64,000 nt of DNA from Candidatus Azambacteria bacterium (GCA_016213445.1 JACRAJ010000001.1:14203-78202); one strand, 5' to 3'. Positions 47,736 to 56,397 are shown, counted from the first letter of the stretch. Notes: generated by a model not told the origin, from the sequence alone. Translations and numbers: made by a program.

Positions 47736-49520
47736 TCAAGGCTGGACGCGGCTTTTAAGGTAGCCGACGCCGGGATCGTCCGGCAAGTCGGTTTTTAAAG
47801 CCGGCGCGGTTATTGAAATGCCGTTTCCGGTAAATGTATCGTTAGCGGTTAAAGCTGATTCGCTTAAAATGGGAACAACCGAATTCGCTTTGCCAACCGA
47901 TGGCGTTAAACCGACTTGAAAAATTACTTCGTAATAATTGAGCAATATGCCGGTTCCGGCGGCCACTTTGCCGACGCTCCAAACAAGCTCGCCAGTTCGA
48001 TCGTTATGTTCCAAAGTGTCGGCGCCGGCGCCGGCCTTTTTATTCAGCCAGCTCACTCCTTCCGGCAAAACCGTTTTTACAACGACGTCGCCGATATCAT
48101 TGGAATAATTCGTAATCTGCCAATGAACCGAGTAAGTGGTGGTTTGGCCCACTTTCGGCGGCAAAGGGCCGGAATTTTTAATCGCCGAATCAAAATAATA
48201 CCCTTTGGTTTTTAAAACCGCTTTGGTATTGACTTTCAAAGAAAAATCGCCGGCAACCGACAAAGATTTCGCCGCCAAAGACGGAGGCGCAGTGGGCGTG
48301 TTCATTTCCGCCGAAACTTGGAGCAAAAAATTCCTGTCCCTGAAAGTTTTTATAGGATACTGCGATTTCGCGTTTATTTGAAACTCGACGTCGCCCGACG
48401 CGCCGGACGGCAAACTTTTAAAATCGGAAACATTTCCGGCGCTCCATGTAATTGTGTTATTCGCGCCGCTGAAATAGCCGCTTGTTTTTAGAGTCGAAAA
48501 ATCATACATCGAACCGTTAAGCCTGGCTTTTAAAACAACCTCGGAAAGGGCGATGCCGGAATTATTTTCATAATGAATTTTAAATCGCAGATTATCGCCC
48601 GGATTAACCGAAAAATCCCGCCGGTCATTGGCTGAAATTTCCAGCTTAAGCGGCAAAGCCGCTAAATTAACTTGCGACGAACTTCGGCTGAATTTGTAAA
48701 AAATATTATTTTCAACAACTCCGATGGCCGATTCAAAACTTGCGCTCGCGTCGGCCCCCAAAATTCCGGAAAACAAGATGTCGCCTTCCTCGTTAGGATT
48801 TAAATCGCCGATATTCCAAATGTTATTTTCTTTCGCCGGCGCTTTATCCGCGGAAATAAATTTGAAATTTTCCGGGTAAACAACCTCGATTGAAATATTT
48901 CGAAACGCTTTGTCCAAGTTGTTTTTATAATGAATCGTATACGTGTTTTTAGCGTTCGGCAAAGCCGCTTCCGGCGCCTTAAAATCAACGCTTAAAGCCG
49001 AGCCGCTGATTGCAATATCTTTTAACGCGTCGTTTTCGAAAGTCGAACTGGTGTTCTGCGGTTTGTAACTTAAAACGGCGCCGAGTTTTTTAATGCTCTT
49101 GTCCGGTCCGATAAAAGCCGCCGTTATTTCTCGCTTGCCCCCGCCGCCGACACCGATGTTTCCCAAATCAACGCTTTGGATAATTTTATCGCCGCCGACA
49201 ACCGCGTCTTGAGGATAACGAATGGTTAAAACCGCATTTTGAATGATTTGATCGGTATTATTCCAATAAGAAATCGTGTAAACGGCCGAATCGCCGGAAG
49301 CGACTTGATCCGGGCCGGCAATAGCAAAATCAACCTGGGATTTTTTAAAAGACGTAAGCCAGAAATAAAAAGCAAACGCGCTTGAAACCAATATCGCGGC
49401 AAAAACAATGCTGGCAAAAATCAAAATTCTCTTTTGTTTCGGACTGAAAAAACGCACCGCCTGCGGCAGAGAAGGCGAAGAAAGTTTCGGCGGAGTTTGA
49501 GGGTTGGGAATGATTACCAT
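47736..49520 (-). CDS. Hypothetical membrane-anchored protein with repeated beta-sandwich (DUF11/CARDB-like) domains
   Basis: N-terminal TM segment ILIFASIVFAAILVSSAFAFYFWL, followed by roughly four similar ~110-aa segments. Confidence 0.5.
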   Translation of the reverse strand: MVIIPNPQTPPKLSSPSLPQAVRFFSPKQKRILIFASIVFAAILVSSAFAFYFWLTSFKKSQVDFAIAGPDQVASGDSAVYTISYWNNTDQIIQNAVLTIRYPQDAVVGGDKIIQSVDLGNIGVGGGGKREITAAFIGPDKSIKKLGAVLSYKPQNTSSTFENDALKDIAISGSALSVDFKAPEAALPNAKNTYTIHYKNNLDKAFRNISIEVVYPENFKFISADKAPAKENNIWNIGDLNPNEEGDILFSGILGADASASFESAIGVVENNIFYKFSRSSSQVNLAALPLKLEISANDRRDFSVNPGDNLRFKIHYENNSGIALSEVVLKARLNGSMYDFSTLKTSGYFSGANNTITWSAGNVSDFKSLPSGASGDVEFQINAKSQYPIKTFRDRNFLLQVSAEMNTPTAPPSLAAKSLSVAGDFSLKVNTKAVLKTKGYYFDSAIKNSGPLPPKVGQTTTYSVHWQITNYSNDIGDVVVKTVLPEGVSWLNKKAGAGADTLEHNDRTGELVWSVGKVAAGTGILLNYYEVIFQVGLTPSVGKANSVVPILSESALTANDTFTGNGISITAPALKTDLPDDPGVGYLKSRVQP

Positions 49521-49531
49521 TTTATATTACA

Positions 49532-50029
49532 CTATAACACATTAAAATCGCCGAGATAATACACAGCTTCTTCAAAATTGTCGCCAAAACCCATTATTTT
49601 AACGAGACCGTTTTTATAATCGTTCAAAAACCTATCGGCGCCGCGCTCAATTTCGCGCGCTTTAATAAAATTTCCCAAAATAAAATTCCACATTTCTTCG
49701 TCTTTTTCCTGCCCTTTCAGCATTTTCAAAGTAAAATCCGACATCTTGGCAAAAAGCGCGATTTCGCCCGGCGAAACACCCTCCCCCAGCAGGCTCGCCT
49801 CCGACAAAGCGGTGGTGATAAACAAATCGCCGCCCCTTTTCGCCATCAGCTCAACCCAAATCAAATTAAACGGCTCCAAGTGTCCGGTAAGCTTGGCTTT
49901 GATTTTTCTAACACCGCCGGCAACGGCCCTTACTTTGCCGAAATCTTCGGTATATAAATGATAAAGCCGATCGGCTTCAAAAATATTTTCTCGTTTTAAA
50001 ACAATTGCTTTAGTTTGATACGCCGCCAT
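49532..50029 (-). CDS. recO: DNA repair protein RecO (short)
   Basis: MAAYQTKAIVLKRENIFEADRLYHLYTEDFGKVRAVAGGVRK matches the RecO N-terminal OB-fold pattern. The upstream extension of the track ORF is made of heptamer repeats. Confidence 0.6.
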   Translation of the reverse strand: MAAYQTKAIVLKRENIFEADRLYHLYTEDFGKVRAVAGGVRKIKAKLTGHLEPFNLIWVELMAKRGGDLFITTALSEASLLGEGVSPGEIALFAKMSDFTLKMLKGQEKDEEMWNFILGNFIKAREIERGADRFLNDYKNGLVKIMGFGDNFEEAVYYLGDFNVL

Positions 50030-50040
50030 AATTTTAGTAA

Positions 50041-50112
50041 CATGCGGCATGTGACAAGCGACAGGTTTTTGGAATTTATTTTCCATGTCGCCTGTCGCTT
50101 GTCGCCTGTCGC
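50041..50112. repeat. Inverted pair of GC heptamer tracts at the ileS-recO junction
   Basis: GACAAGC GACAGG (plus orientation, 50053-50065) opposes CCATGTC GCCTGTC GCTTGTC GCCTGTC (50083-50110). A 13-bp stem can form between 50053-50065 and 50091-50103. Confidence 0.85.
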
Positions 50113-53054
50113 TATTTAACTTTAACGATTCCAATCCAAATATTCCTGTTTTCGATTTTAAAATGGCGGTCAACCAACAAGCCGCCTTTGATATTTCCGG
50201 CAAATTCAAGCATTTTGGCGCCGACTTCGGCATTTAAAATATTTTGCCATTTTTGAACAACTCTTTTTAAAGCGTCATCATCGATTTTAAAATAAATTCT
50301 TATCGAGTCTTTCGGCGTCAGCGATCCGTCTTTCCTCATTCCCTGAATTTGCCGCGCCAGTTCTCTTATCATCCCCTCCTCTTTCAATTCAACGGTGATC
50401 TTCGTATCCAGCTCAAAATCTTTTTTAATATTTTTATCGAAAACAATTTCTTTAACGTTAATTTCGTCTTTAATTAAATTTAAAATTTCTTCATTTTTTG
50501 AAAATTGAAAATTAGAAATTGAAAATTTGAGCGAAGCGAGCGGTTGTCTCACCTTTATTCCGGCTTCCGCCCTTAGCGCCAATCCTTTAGCGGCGATTTC
50601 TCTCGCGAGATTCATCTGCTTCTCGAGTTTTTTATTGATCAGCTTAGCGTTTAATTTCGGATAGTCGGCCAAATGAACGCTTTCCTTATTGTCCAATTCT
50701 CGCCAAATATGCTCTGCCAAAAAAGGCGTGAACGGCGCGGAAAGTTTTGCCGTTTCTTCCAAAACCGTTTTCAAAACCGCCGCCGCGCTTTCGCCGTCGT
50801 CGCCGGAAAAACGTTTTCTCGATCGCCTCAACCACCAGCGCGACAAATCATCGATAAAATCGTCAATCGGCCGCGCCGCTTGAGTCACCTCATATTTTTC
50901 TAAATTGCAACGGACAATTTTTATAGTCTGGTTCAGTCGCGACAAAATCCACTTGTCCAACAAACTTGCCGCTTGTCGCTTGCCGCTTGCCGCTTTTACA
51001 GCATATGTTTTATAAAAAACTAAAACATTCGAAAGCGTCAAAACAAACCGCCGCAACCGATCTTCAACGTCGCGAACGGTAAAACGTTTCGATTCGCCCG
51101 GCGGATTGATGGTGAAAAAATACCACCTCAAAGCGTCAACGCCGTATTTGTCGATTATTTCCCACGGATCGACAATATTGCCTCTGGATTTCGACATCTT
51201 TTCGCCTTTTTCATCCAAAATATGGCCCAAGCAAATCACGTTTTTATACGCCGGACCTTTGCCCATTAAAGCGCCGACGGCATGAAGCGTGTAAAACCAG
51301 CCGCGGGTTTGGTCGATGGCTTCGGAAATAAAATCGGCCGGATAATTAAATTTATCGCTTGCCGCCTGCCGCCTGCCGCCTGCCGCTTGATGGGCCTGGG
51401 CAAACGGCATCGCGCCCGAATCAAACCAGACATCGATTACATCTTTAATCCTTTCCATTTTTCCCGAACACTTTTGGCATTTCAAAACCAAATCATCAAC
51501 ATAGGGCCGATGGAGATCCAATTCGCCTTCATTATTATACGGCCAGTTGTGTTCTCCTTTTTTAAGTTTTTTCGCGGAAAATTTATCCAGCTCCCCAAGC
51601 GAGCCGACAATGCGCTCGCTTTTGCATTTTTCGCATTGCCAAACCGGAAGAGGCGTTCCCCAATATCGTTCCCGGGAAATCGCCCAATCTTTTATTTCGT
51701 TCAGCCACTCGCCGAATCGTCCGTTTTTTATGTGCGAAGGAATCCAATTTATTTTTTTATTGTTGGCGACAAGTTTTTTCTTCAGCTTTTCCATTCTTAT
51801 AAACCAAGAGGATTTGGCGTAATATAAAAGCGCGCTGCGGCAGCGCCAGCAAAAAGGATAATCGTGTTCGTATTTTTTTGACTTAACGAAAGCGCCTGAT
51901 CGCTTCAAATAATCGATTATCAAATTTTCCGCTTCCGAAGATTTGACTTTCAAACCTTTCAAACCTGCGCCGAAATCATCGATGAATTTTCCTTCCAAAT
52001 CGACGGTGTGATATTTGGGAAGCCCCGTTTTCGCGCCGAGATTGAAATCGTCAACGCCGTACATCGGCGCAATATGAACAATGCCGGTCCCTTCCTTGGT
52101 ATTTACAAAATCGGCATTATAAATCTTATGGGAATTTTTCGAATTATTTTTTGAAACGTCAAAAAGCGGTTCGTATTTCAAACCGATAAGATTTTTTCCC
52201 GCGGTGAAAATCGATTTCTTTTTCGGCTCTTCCATATTAATGTCATCCTTGAGGCTCTCGGCGAAAATAAAAATATCGCCGTTATCAAGCTCCAAAATTT
52301 CATAATTTACCTTGGCGCCCGCCGCCAAAGCGGCATTTCCCGGCAGTGTCCACGGCGTTGTCGTCCACGATAAAACATAAGTAGCGCCGGTTGTTGCAAA
52401 ATCGCCGCCTTTGGTTTTTAGTTTCTGCCCCGGCTTTAACTTGAACTTCACGTAAATCGAATTTTCGGAAACTTTTTCATAACCTTGGGCCACTTCATGG
52501 CTTGAAAGCGCCGTGCCGCAGCGCGGGCAGTAAGGCACAACTTTAAAATCTTTATAGAGAAGTTTTTTCTTCCAAACTTGCGACAAAATATGCCACAAAG
52601 ATTCGATATAATGCGGTTCATAGGTGATATATGGATTTTTCAAATCCAGCCAAAAACCGACGCGCTCGGTTAATTTATCCCACTCTTCTTTATACTTCCA
52701 AACGGTTTCCTTGGCTTTCTCATTGAATTTTCCAACGCCGTATTTTTCAATGTCTTTTTTATTTTTAAGCTTCAATTCCTGTTCAACCTGAAGCTCTATC
52801 GGAAGGCCGTGCGTGTCCCATCCCGCTCTGCGGCCGACGTAAAAACCGGCCATTGTTTTGTAGCGGCAAATAAGGTCTTTGTAGACCCTCGTTAAAACAT
52901 GGTGAATTCCGGGCCGGCCGTTGGCCGACGGCGGCCCTTCGTAAAAAACAAATTTCTTCGCTTTGGCGCGATTTTTCAGGCTCTTTTCAAAAATCTGTTC
53001 CCGCTTCCAATATTCCAGAATTTTTTCTTCAGTTTTTGGATTGAACAATTCCAT
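50112..53054 (-). CDS. ileS: Isoleucine--tRNA ligase
   Basis: 980 aa with PSANGRPGIHHVL (HIGH) and KMSKSRGN. Two GC-heptamer inserts and one AT-heptamer insert. Confidence 0.97.
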   Translation of the reverse strand: MELFNPKTEEKILEYWKREQIFEKSLKNRAKAKKFVFYEGPPSANGRPGIHHVLTRVYKDLICRYKTMAGFYVGRRAGWDTHGLPIELQVEQELKLKNKKDIEKYGVGKFNEKAKETVWKYKEEWDKLTERVGFWLDLKNPYITYEPHYIESLWHILSQVWKKKLLYKDFKVVPYCPRCGTALSSHEVAQGYEKVSENSIYVKFKLKPGQKLKTKGGDFATTGATYVLSWTTTPWTLPGNAALAAGAKVNYEILELDNGDIFIFAESLKDDINMEEPKKKSIFTAGKNLIGLKYEPLFDVSKNNSKNSHKIYNADFVNTKEGTGIVHIAPMYGVDDFNLGAKTGLPKYHTVDLEGKFIDDFGAGLKGLKVKSSEAENLIIDYLKRSGAFVKSKKYEHDYPFCWRCRSALLYYAKSSWFIRMEKLKKKLVANNKKINWIPSHIKNGRFGEWLNEIKDWAISRERYWGTPLPVWQCEKCKSERIVGSLGELDKFSAKKLKKGEHNWPYNNEGELDLHRPYVDDLVLKCQKCSGKMERIKDVIDVWFDSGAMPFAQAHQAAGGRRQAASDKFNYPADFISEAIDQTRGWFYTLHAVGALMGKGPAYKNVICLGHILDEKGEKMSKSRGNIVDPWEIIDKYGVDALRWYFFTINPPGESKRFTVRDVEDRLRRFVLTLSNVLVFYKTYAVKAASGKRQAASLLDKWILSRLNQTIKIVRCNLEKYEVTQAARPIDDFIDDLSRWWLRRSRKRFSGDDGESAAAVLKTVLEETAKLSAPFTPFLAEHIWRELDNKESVHLADYPKLNAKLINKKLEKQMNLAREIAAKGLALRAEAGIKVRQPLASLKFSISNFQFSKNEEILNLIKDEINVKEIVFDKNIKKDFELDTKITVELKEEGMIRELARQIQGMRKDGSLTPKDSIRIYFKIDDDALKRVVQKWQNILNAEVGAKMLEFAGNIKGGLLVDRHFKIENRNIWIGIVKVK
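50496..50530. repeat. AT heptamer tract in ileS (GAAAATT GAAAATT AGAAATT GAAAATT)
   Basis: Translated in frame as KFSISNFQFSK. Confidence 0.85.
50963..50998. repeat. GC heptamer tract in ileS
   Basis: AACTTGCC GCTTGTC GCTTGCC GCTTGCC; translated as AASGKRQAASL. Confidence 0.9.
51357..51391. repeat. GC heptamer tract in ileS
   Basis: GCTTGCC + 3x GCCTGCC + GCTTGAT; translated as QAAGGRRQAASDK. Confidence 0.9.
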
Positions 53055-53058
53055 ATTT

Positions 53059-54717
53059 TTACATCTTATCAGGAGCTTTGATGCCCATCAAGCTTAAAAC
53101 GTTCGCCAAAACGATTTTGGCTGACAAAACCAACGCCAGACGCGCCGATGTCAGATTTTTATCTTCCGTAATCACTCGTTCCTTTTCGTAAAAATTATGG
53201 AACTCCCGCGCCAGGTCAAGAGCATAGCGCGGCAAACGATGCACTTCATAATTTTCCGCAATCTCCGCCAATAACTCCGGATATTCAACTAATTTTCTAA
53301 TCAAATCCAGCTCGCTCTTTTCTTTCAATATTTCTATATTTGCCGCATGTCGCTTGTCGCTTGTCGCTTGTCGCAAAATGCCGGAAATTCTCGCGTGCGC
53401 GTATTGAACGTAATAAACCGGGTTTTTTTGCGAGCGTTCTTTCGCCAAGGCGATGTCGAAATCCATGTGAGTATTCGGCGAATACATCAAAAAGAAAAAT
53501 CGCGCGGCGTCAAGTCCAACCTCATTAACCAATTCTTCAAGCGTGACAAAAGTTCCGGCGCGTTTGGAAATCTTAAAGCTTTCGCCGCCTTTTACGAGGC
53601 GCACCAATTGAGTGATGATAATTTCCAAATTATCTTCCGGAATGCCCAAAGCCTTGAGCGCCGCTAAAAGCCGCGGCGCGTAGCCGTGATGATCGGCGCC
53701 CCAAATATCAATTGCCTTGTCGAATTTCCTGATTTTAAATTTGTCAAAATGATAAAGAATGTCCGACAAAAAATAAGTTTCCGAACCGTCCTTTTTTATC
53801 AAAACTCTGTCCTCGCTGTCGCCAAGGCTTGATGTTTTCATCCAGGTGGCGCCGTCTTTTTCATAAACAAACCGGCCATCGATTAATTCCCCCATTACTT
53901 CTTCATATATTCCTTGCCGCTTGCCGCTTGCCGCTTGCCGCTTGTCCGCGTAGAGGGTTTTTTCAGAAAACCAAACGTCGAATTTTATTCCCAGCCGTTT
54001 TATCGCCGGCTTGATATATGTTTTTAAAATCAATTCAACCGCTTTTTGACCGGCTTCTCCAACATTCAATTTTTTATCTATTTTCTCCGCCAGTTCATTA
54101 ACATATTCCCCGCGATATAAATTTTCCTCCATGTCGCATGTCGCATGTCGCATGTCGCTTTGCGCCGATTTAATCGACCGCCCTAAATTTAAAACCTGCT
54201 CGCCCCTGTCATTAATATAATACTCGCGCGCGACCTTGTTTCCCTGTGTTTCTAAAACATTTGCCAGCGCATCGCCGTAAAATCCGCCGCGGCCATTGCC
54301 GATAGTTAATGGCCCCGTGGGATTGGCCGAAATAAATTCAACCTGAATCTTTCTTCCGCCGCCGTTTTTGGAAAACCCATATTTATTCTTTCCGCCAAAG
54401 GCGGATCCGCCTTTGGCGGACAAAATTTCTTCCAACTGCCGAAACAAATATTCCGGCGACAGAAAAAAATTTATAAAACCGTTTTTATTTTCGATTTTTG
54501 AAAAATCGAGAACGTTTTGTTTTTTCAATTCGGCGACCAAATTTTCAGCTATCTCTTGCGGCGATTTTTTGAGAAATTTTCCGAGCAAAAAAGCGGCGTT
54601 GGCGGTATAATCGCCATGTTCTTTATTTTCCGGAATTTTAACCGAAATATCGCCCTTGAAATCGGGGGTTAACTTCCGGATAATGCCATAAAGATGCGTT
54701 TTTACAAGCTCTTTCAT
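53059..54717 (-). CDS. argS: Arginine--tRNA ligase
   Basis: 552 aa with EFISANPTGPLTIGNGRGG and a C-terminal DALR anticodon-binding domain. Three heptamer inserts and one palindrome insert. Confidence 0.95.
   Translation of the reverse strand: MKELVKTHLYGIIRKLTPDFKGDISVKIPENKEHGDYTANAAFLLGKFLKKSPQEIAENLVAELKKQNVLDFSKIENKNGFINFFLSPEYLFRQLEEILSAKGGSAFGGKNKYGFSKNGGGRKIQVEFISANPTGPLTIGNGRGGFYGDALANVLETQGNKVAREYYINDRGEQVLNLGRSIKSAQSDMRHATCDMEENLYRGEYVNELAEKIDKKLNVGEAGQKAVELILKTYIKPAIKRLGIKFDVWFSEKTLYADKRQAASGKRQGIYEEVMGELIDGRFVYEKDGATWMKTSSLGDSEDRVLIKKDGSETYFLSDILYHFDKFKIRKFDKAIDIWGADHHGYAPRLLAALKALGIPEDNLEIIITQLVRLVKGGESFKISKRAGTFVTLEELVNEVGLDAARFFFLMYSPNTHMDFDIALAKERSQKNPVYYVQYAHARISGILRQATSDKRHAANIEILKEKSELDLIRKLVEYPELLAEIAENYEVHRLPRYALDLAREFHNFYEKERVITEDKNLTSARLALVLSAKIVLANVLSLMGIKAPDKM
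53345..53379. repeat. GC heptamer tract in argS
   Basis: GCATGTC + 3x GCTTGTC; translated as RQATSDKRHAA. Confidence 0.9.
53911..53946. repeat. GC heptamer tract in argS
   Basis: TCCTTGCC + 3x GCTTGCC + GCTTGTC; translated as ADKRQAASGKRQG. Confidence 0.9.
54129..54163. repeat. GC heptamer tract in argS (GCATGTC variant)
   Basis: CCATGTC + 3x GCATGTC; translated as QSDMRHATCDME. Confidence 0.9.
54392..54419. repeat. 28-bp perfect palindrome CCGCCAAAGGCGGATCCGCCTTTGGCGG in argS
   Basis: Identical to its own reverse complement; translated in frame as SAKGGSAFGGK. A near-identical copy lies at 1260-1287. Confidence 0.95.
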
Positions 54718-54775
54718 TAATTAATCAATATTACCCGAATTTTGATAAAAATGGAACTCCTGATAAAATCAAATT

Positions 54776-55222
54776 ATGGCGATATTCGCGGAAAACAGAA
54801 AAGCTCATTTTGATTATGAAATTCTCGAGACTTTCGAGGCGGGGTTGGTTTTGTCCGGAGCCGAAGTAAAATCAATTAAAAACGGCCGGATGAACATCGC
54901 GGGATCTTACGTTAATTTCCACAATGGCGAATTATTTTTAACCGGCGCTTTTATCGCGCCCTACCAGCCGAAAAACCAGCCCGCCGATTACGACCCGAAC
55001 CGCTCAAGAAAATTATTGCTTCGCAAAAAAGAAATCGCTTACTTAACGGGAAAAGTAAAGGTTAAGGGCTTGACTTTAACCCCCTTAAAAGTGTATAATA
55101 AAGGCCGAAAGATTAAACTGGAATTCGCGGTGGCACGCGGCAAAAAACGATACGATAAAAGAAGCGTCATTTCAAAAAGAGAGGCAGCAAGAAAAATAGA
55201 GCGCGAATTAAAAAATTTTTAA
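54776..55222 (+). CDS. smpB: SsrA-binding protein
   Basis: 148 aa with NRKAHFDYEILE...GAEVKSIK...KKRYDKR, typical of SmpB. A tmRNA gene starts 2 nt after the stop. Confidence 0.95.
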   Translation: MAIFAENRKAHFDYEILETFEAGLVLSGAEVKSIKNGRMNIAGSYVNFHNGELFLTGAFIAPYQPKNQPADYDPNRSRKLLLRKKEIAYLTGKVKVKGLTLTPLKVYNKGRKIKLEFAVARGKKRYDKRSVISKREAARKIERELKNF

Positions 55223-55223
55223 C

Positions 55224-55614
55224 GGGGATGCCGGGCTTCGATAGAATTTAAAAATTAAATACGCAGGCCGAGGACGTCTCGTAACCTCGAAATAAAATCC
55301 TCGAGACAAGGCAAAAATAACTGCCAAAACAAATTTAACTCCCGCTTTCGCTTTCGCTTAAGCAGGTTTTACCCCGTTGGATATTTTATCTGACGGGGCA
55401 TCGGACGCTTAATGTCTAATAGGGCGAACCCGGTGTCAACCATTAGGCTTTAACCCGTTGATTTCTTCGCTCCGGGTGGAACTTACAGAAGAAAAAGAGA
55501 ATTTTCCGTTTTGATTGTTTCAAGGAAAATTTTCTAAAAAACCAAACAATCTAAGCCTGTAGCAGCGTTTAATTATTCAAATTCTAGATGCGAGTTCAAC
55601 TCTCGCCATCTCCA
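55224..55614 (+). ncRNA. ssrA: tmRNA (one-piece)
   Basis: 5' GGGGATG pairs with 3' CATCTCC-A (G3:U70). T arm GCGAG-TTCAACT-CTCGC. The tag ORF ends ...GCC AAA ACA AAT TTA ACT CCC GCT TTC GCT TTC GCT TAA (stop 55359-55361), giving (AKIT)AKTNLTPAFAFA. Confidence 0.9.
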
Positions 55615-55622
55615 CTTTGTAA

Positions 55623-55651
55623 TTGACATTTATCGGCAAATCGGATAATAT
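55623..55651 (+). promoter_or_regulatory. Promoter of infC-rpmI-rplT
   Basis: TTGACA-N17-TAATAT. Confidence 0.6.
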
Positions 55652-55681
55652 TGGGCGTATTATAAATTTTATTAAAAACCC

Positions 55682-56191
55682 ATTAGAAAACTTAGAGTCA
55701 ACAACCAAATAACCGCTCCGGAGCTTAGAGTGGCCGATGAGAGCGGCCAGCAGATCGGCGTAATGAGTCGGGATGAAGCGCTGAAACTGGCCAAAGAAAA
55801 AGGCCTCGACTTAATTGAAGTCGCGCCGATGGCCAAGCCGCCGGTAGCCCGAATTATGGATTACGGCAAGTATGCTTATCGCGAAGAAAAAGAAATGCGC
55901 AAACAGAAAGCGAAGCAGAAAAAAGATGCTCTAAAAGTAATTCGGCTGAGTTTGAACACCGGCTTAAATGATTTGAAAATCAAAGCCGAAAAAGCCGAAG
56001 CTTTCCTCAAAGAAGGTTTGAAAGTTCAAGTGGAGCTCGTCTTAAAAGGCCGCGCCAAGTACCAAAAAATATTTTCCGACTTGGGCAAGCAAAAAATAGA
56101 AGAATTTTTAAAATTGATAACCATTCCGACGAAAATCATTTCCGAATTAAAGAAACAGCCGCGGGGATGGAATATAACGATAGCGAAATAA
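55682..56191 (+). CDS. infC: Translation initiation factor IF-3 (probable ATT start)
   Basis: The track ORF starts at GTG 55730, but the frame is open from 55676. The upstream residues (I)RKLRVNNQITAPELRVADESGQQIGV match the conserved IF3 N-terminus. ATT at 55682 is the only start-like codon, consistent with the known AUU autoregulation in other bacteria. Confidence 0.8.
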   Translation: MRKLRVNNQITAPELRVADESGQQIGVMSRDEALKLAKEKGLDLIEVAPMAKPPVARIMDYGKYAYREEKEMRKQKAKQKKDALKVIRLSLNTGLNDLKIKAEKAEAFLKEGLKVQVELVLKGRAKYQKIFSDLGKQKIEEFLKLITIPTKIISELKKQPRGWNITIAK

Positions 56192-56194
56192 AAT

Positions 56195-56392
56195 ATGGGA
56201 AAATTAAAAACAAACAAAGCAATATTAAGCCGGCTGAAAATAACCGGAAAAAAGAAACTGGTGCGGCTAACGTCAAACCGGTCGCATTTCAATACCAAAA
56301 CTTCCGGAAAACAGCGCCGGTTAAAACGCCGATCTTTGTCGGTCGACAGAGCGGATACAAAAATGTTTAAAAAATTTCTGCCGTATAATTAA
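56195..56392 (+). CDS. rpmI: 50S ribosomal protein L35
   Basis: MGKLKTNKAILSRLKITGKKKLVR...; 65 aa and basic. Confidence 0.9.
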   Translation: MGKLKTNKAILSRLKITGKKKLVRLTSNRSHFNTKTSGKQRRLKRRSLSVDRADTKMFKKFLPYN

Positions 56393-56397
56393 AAAAT

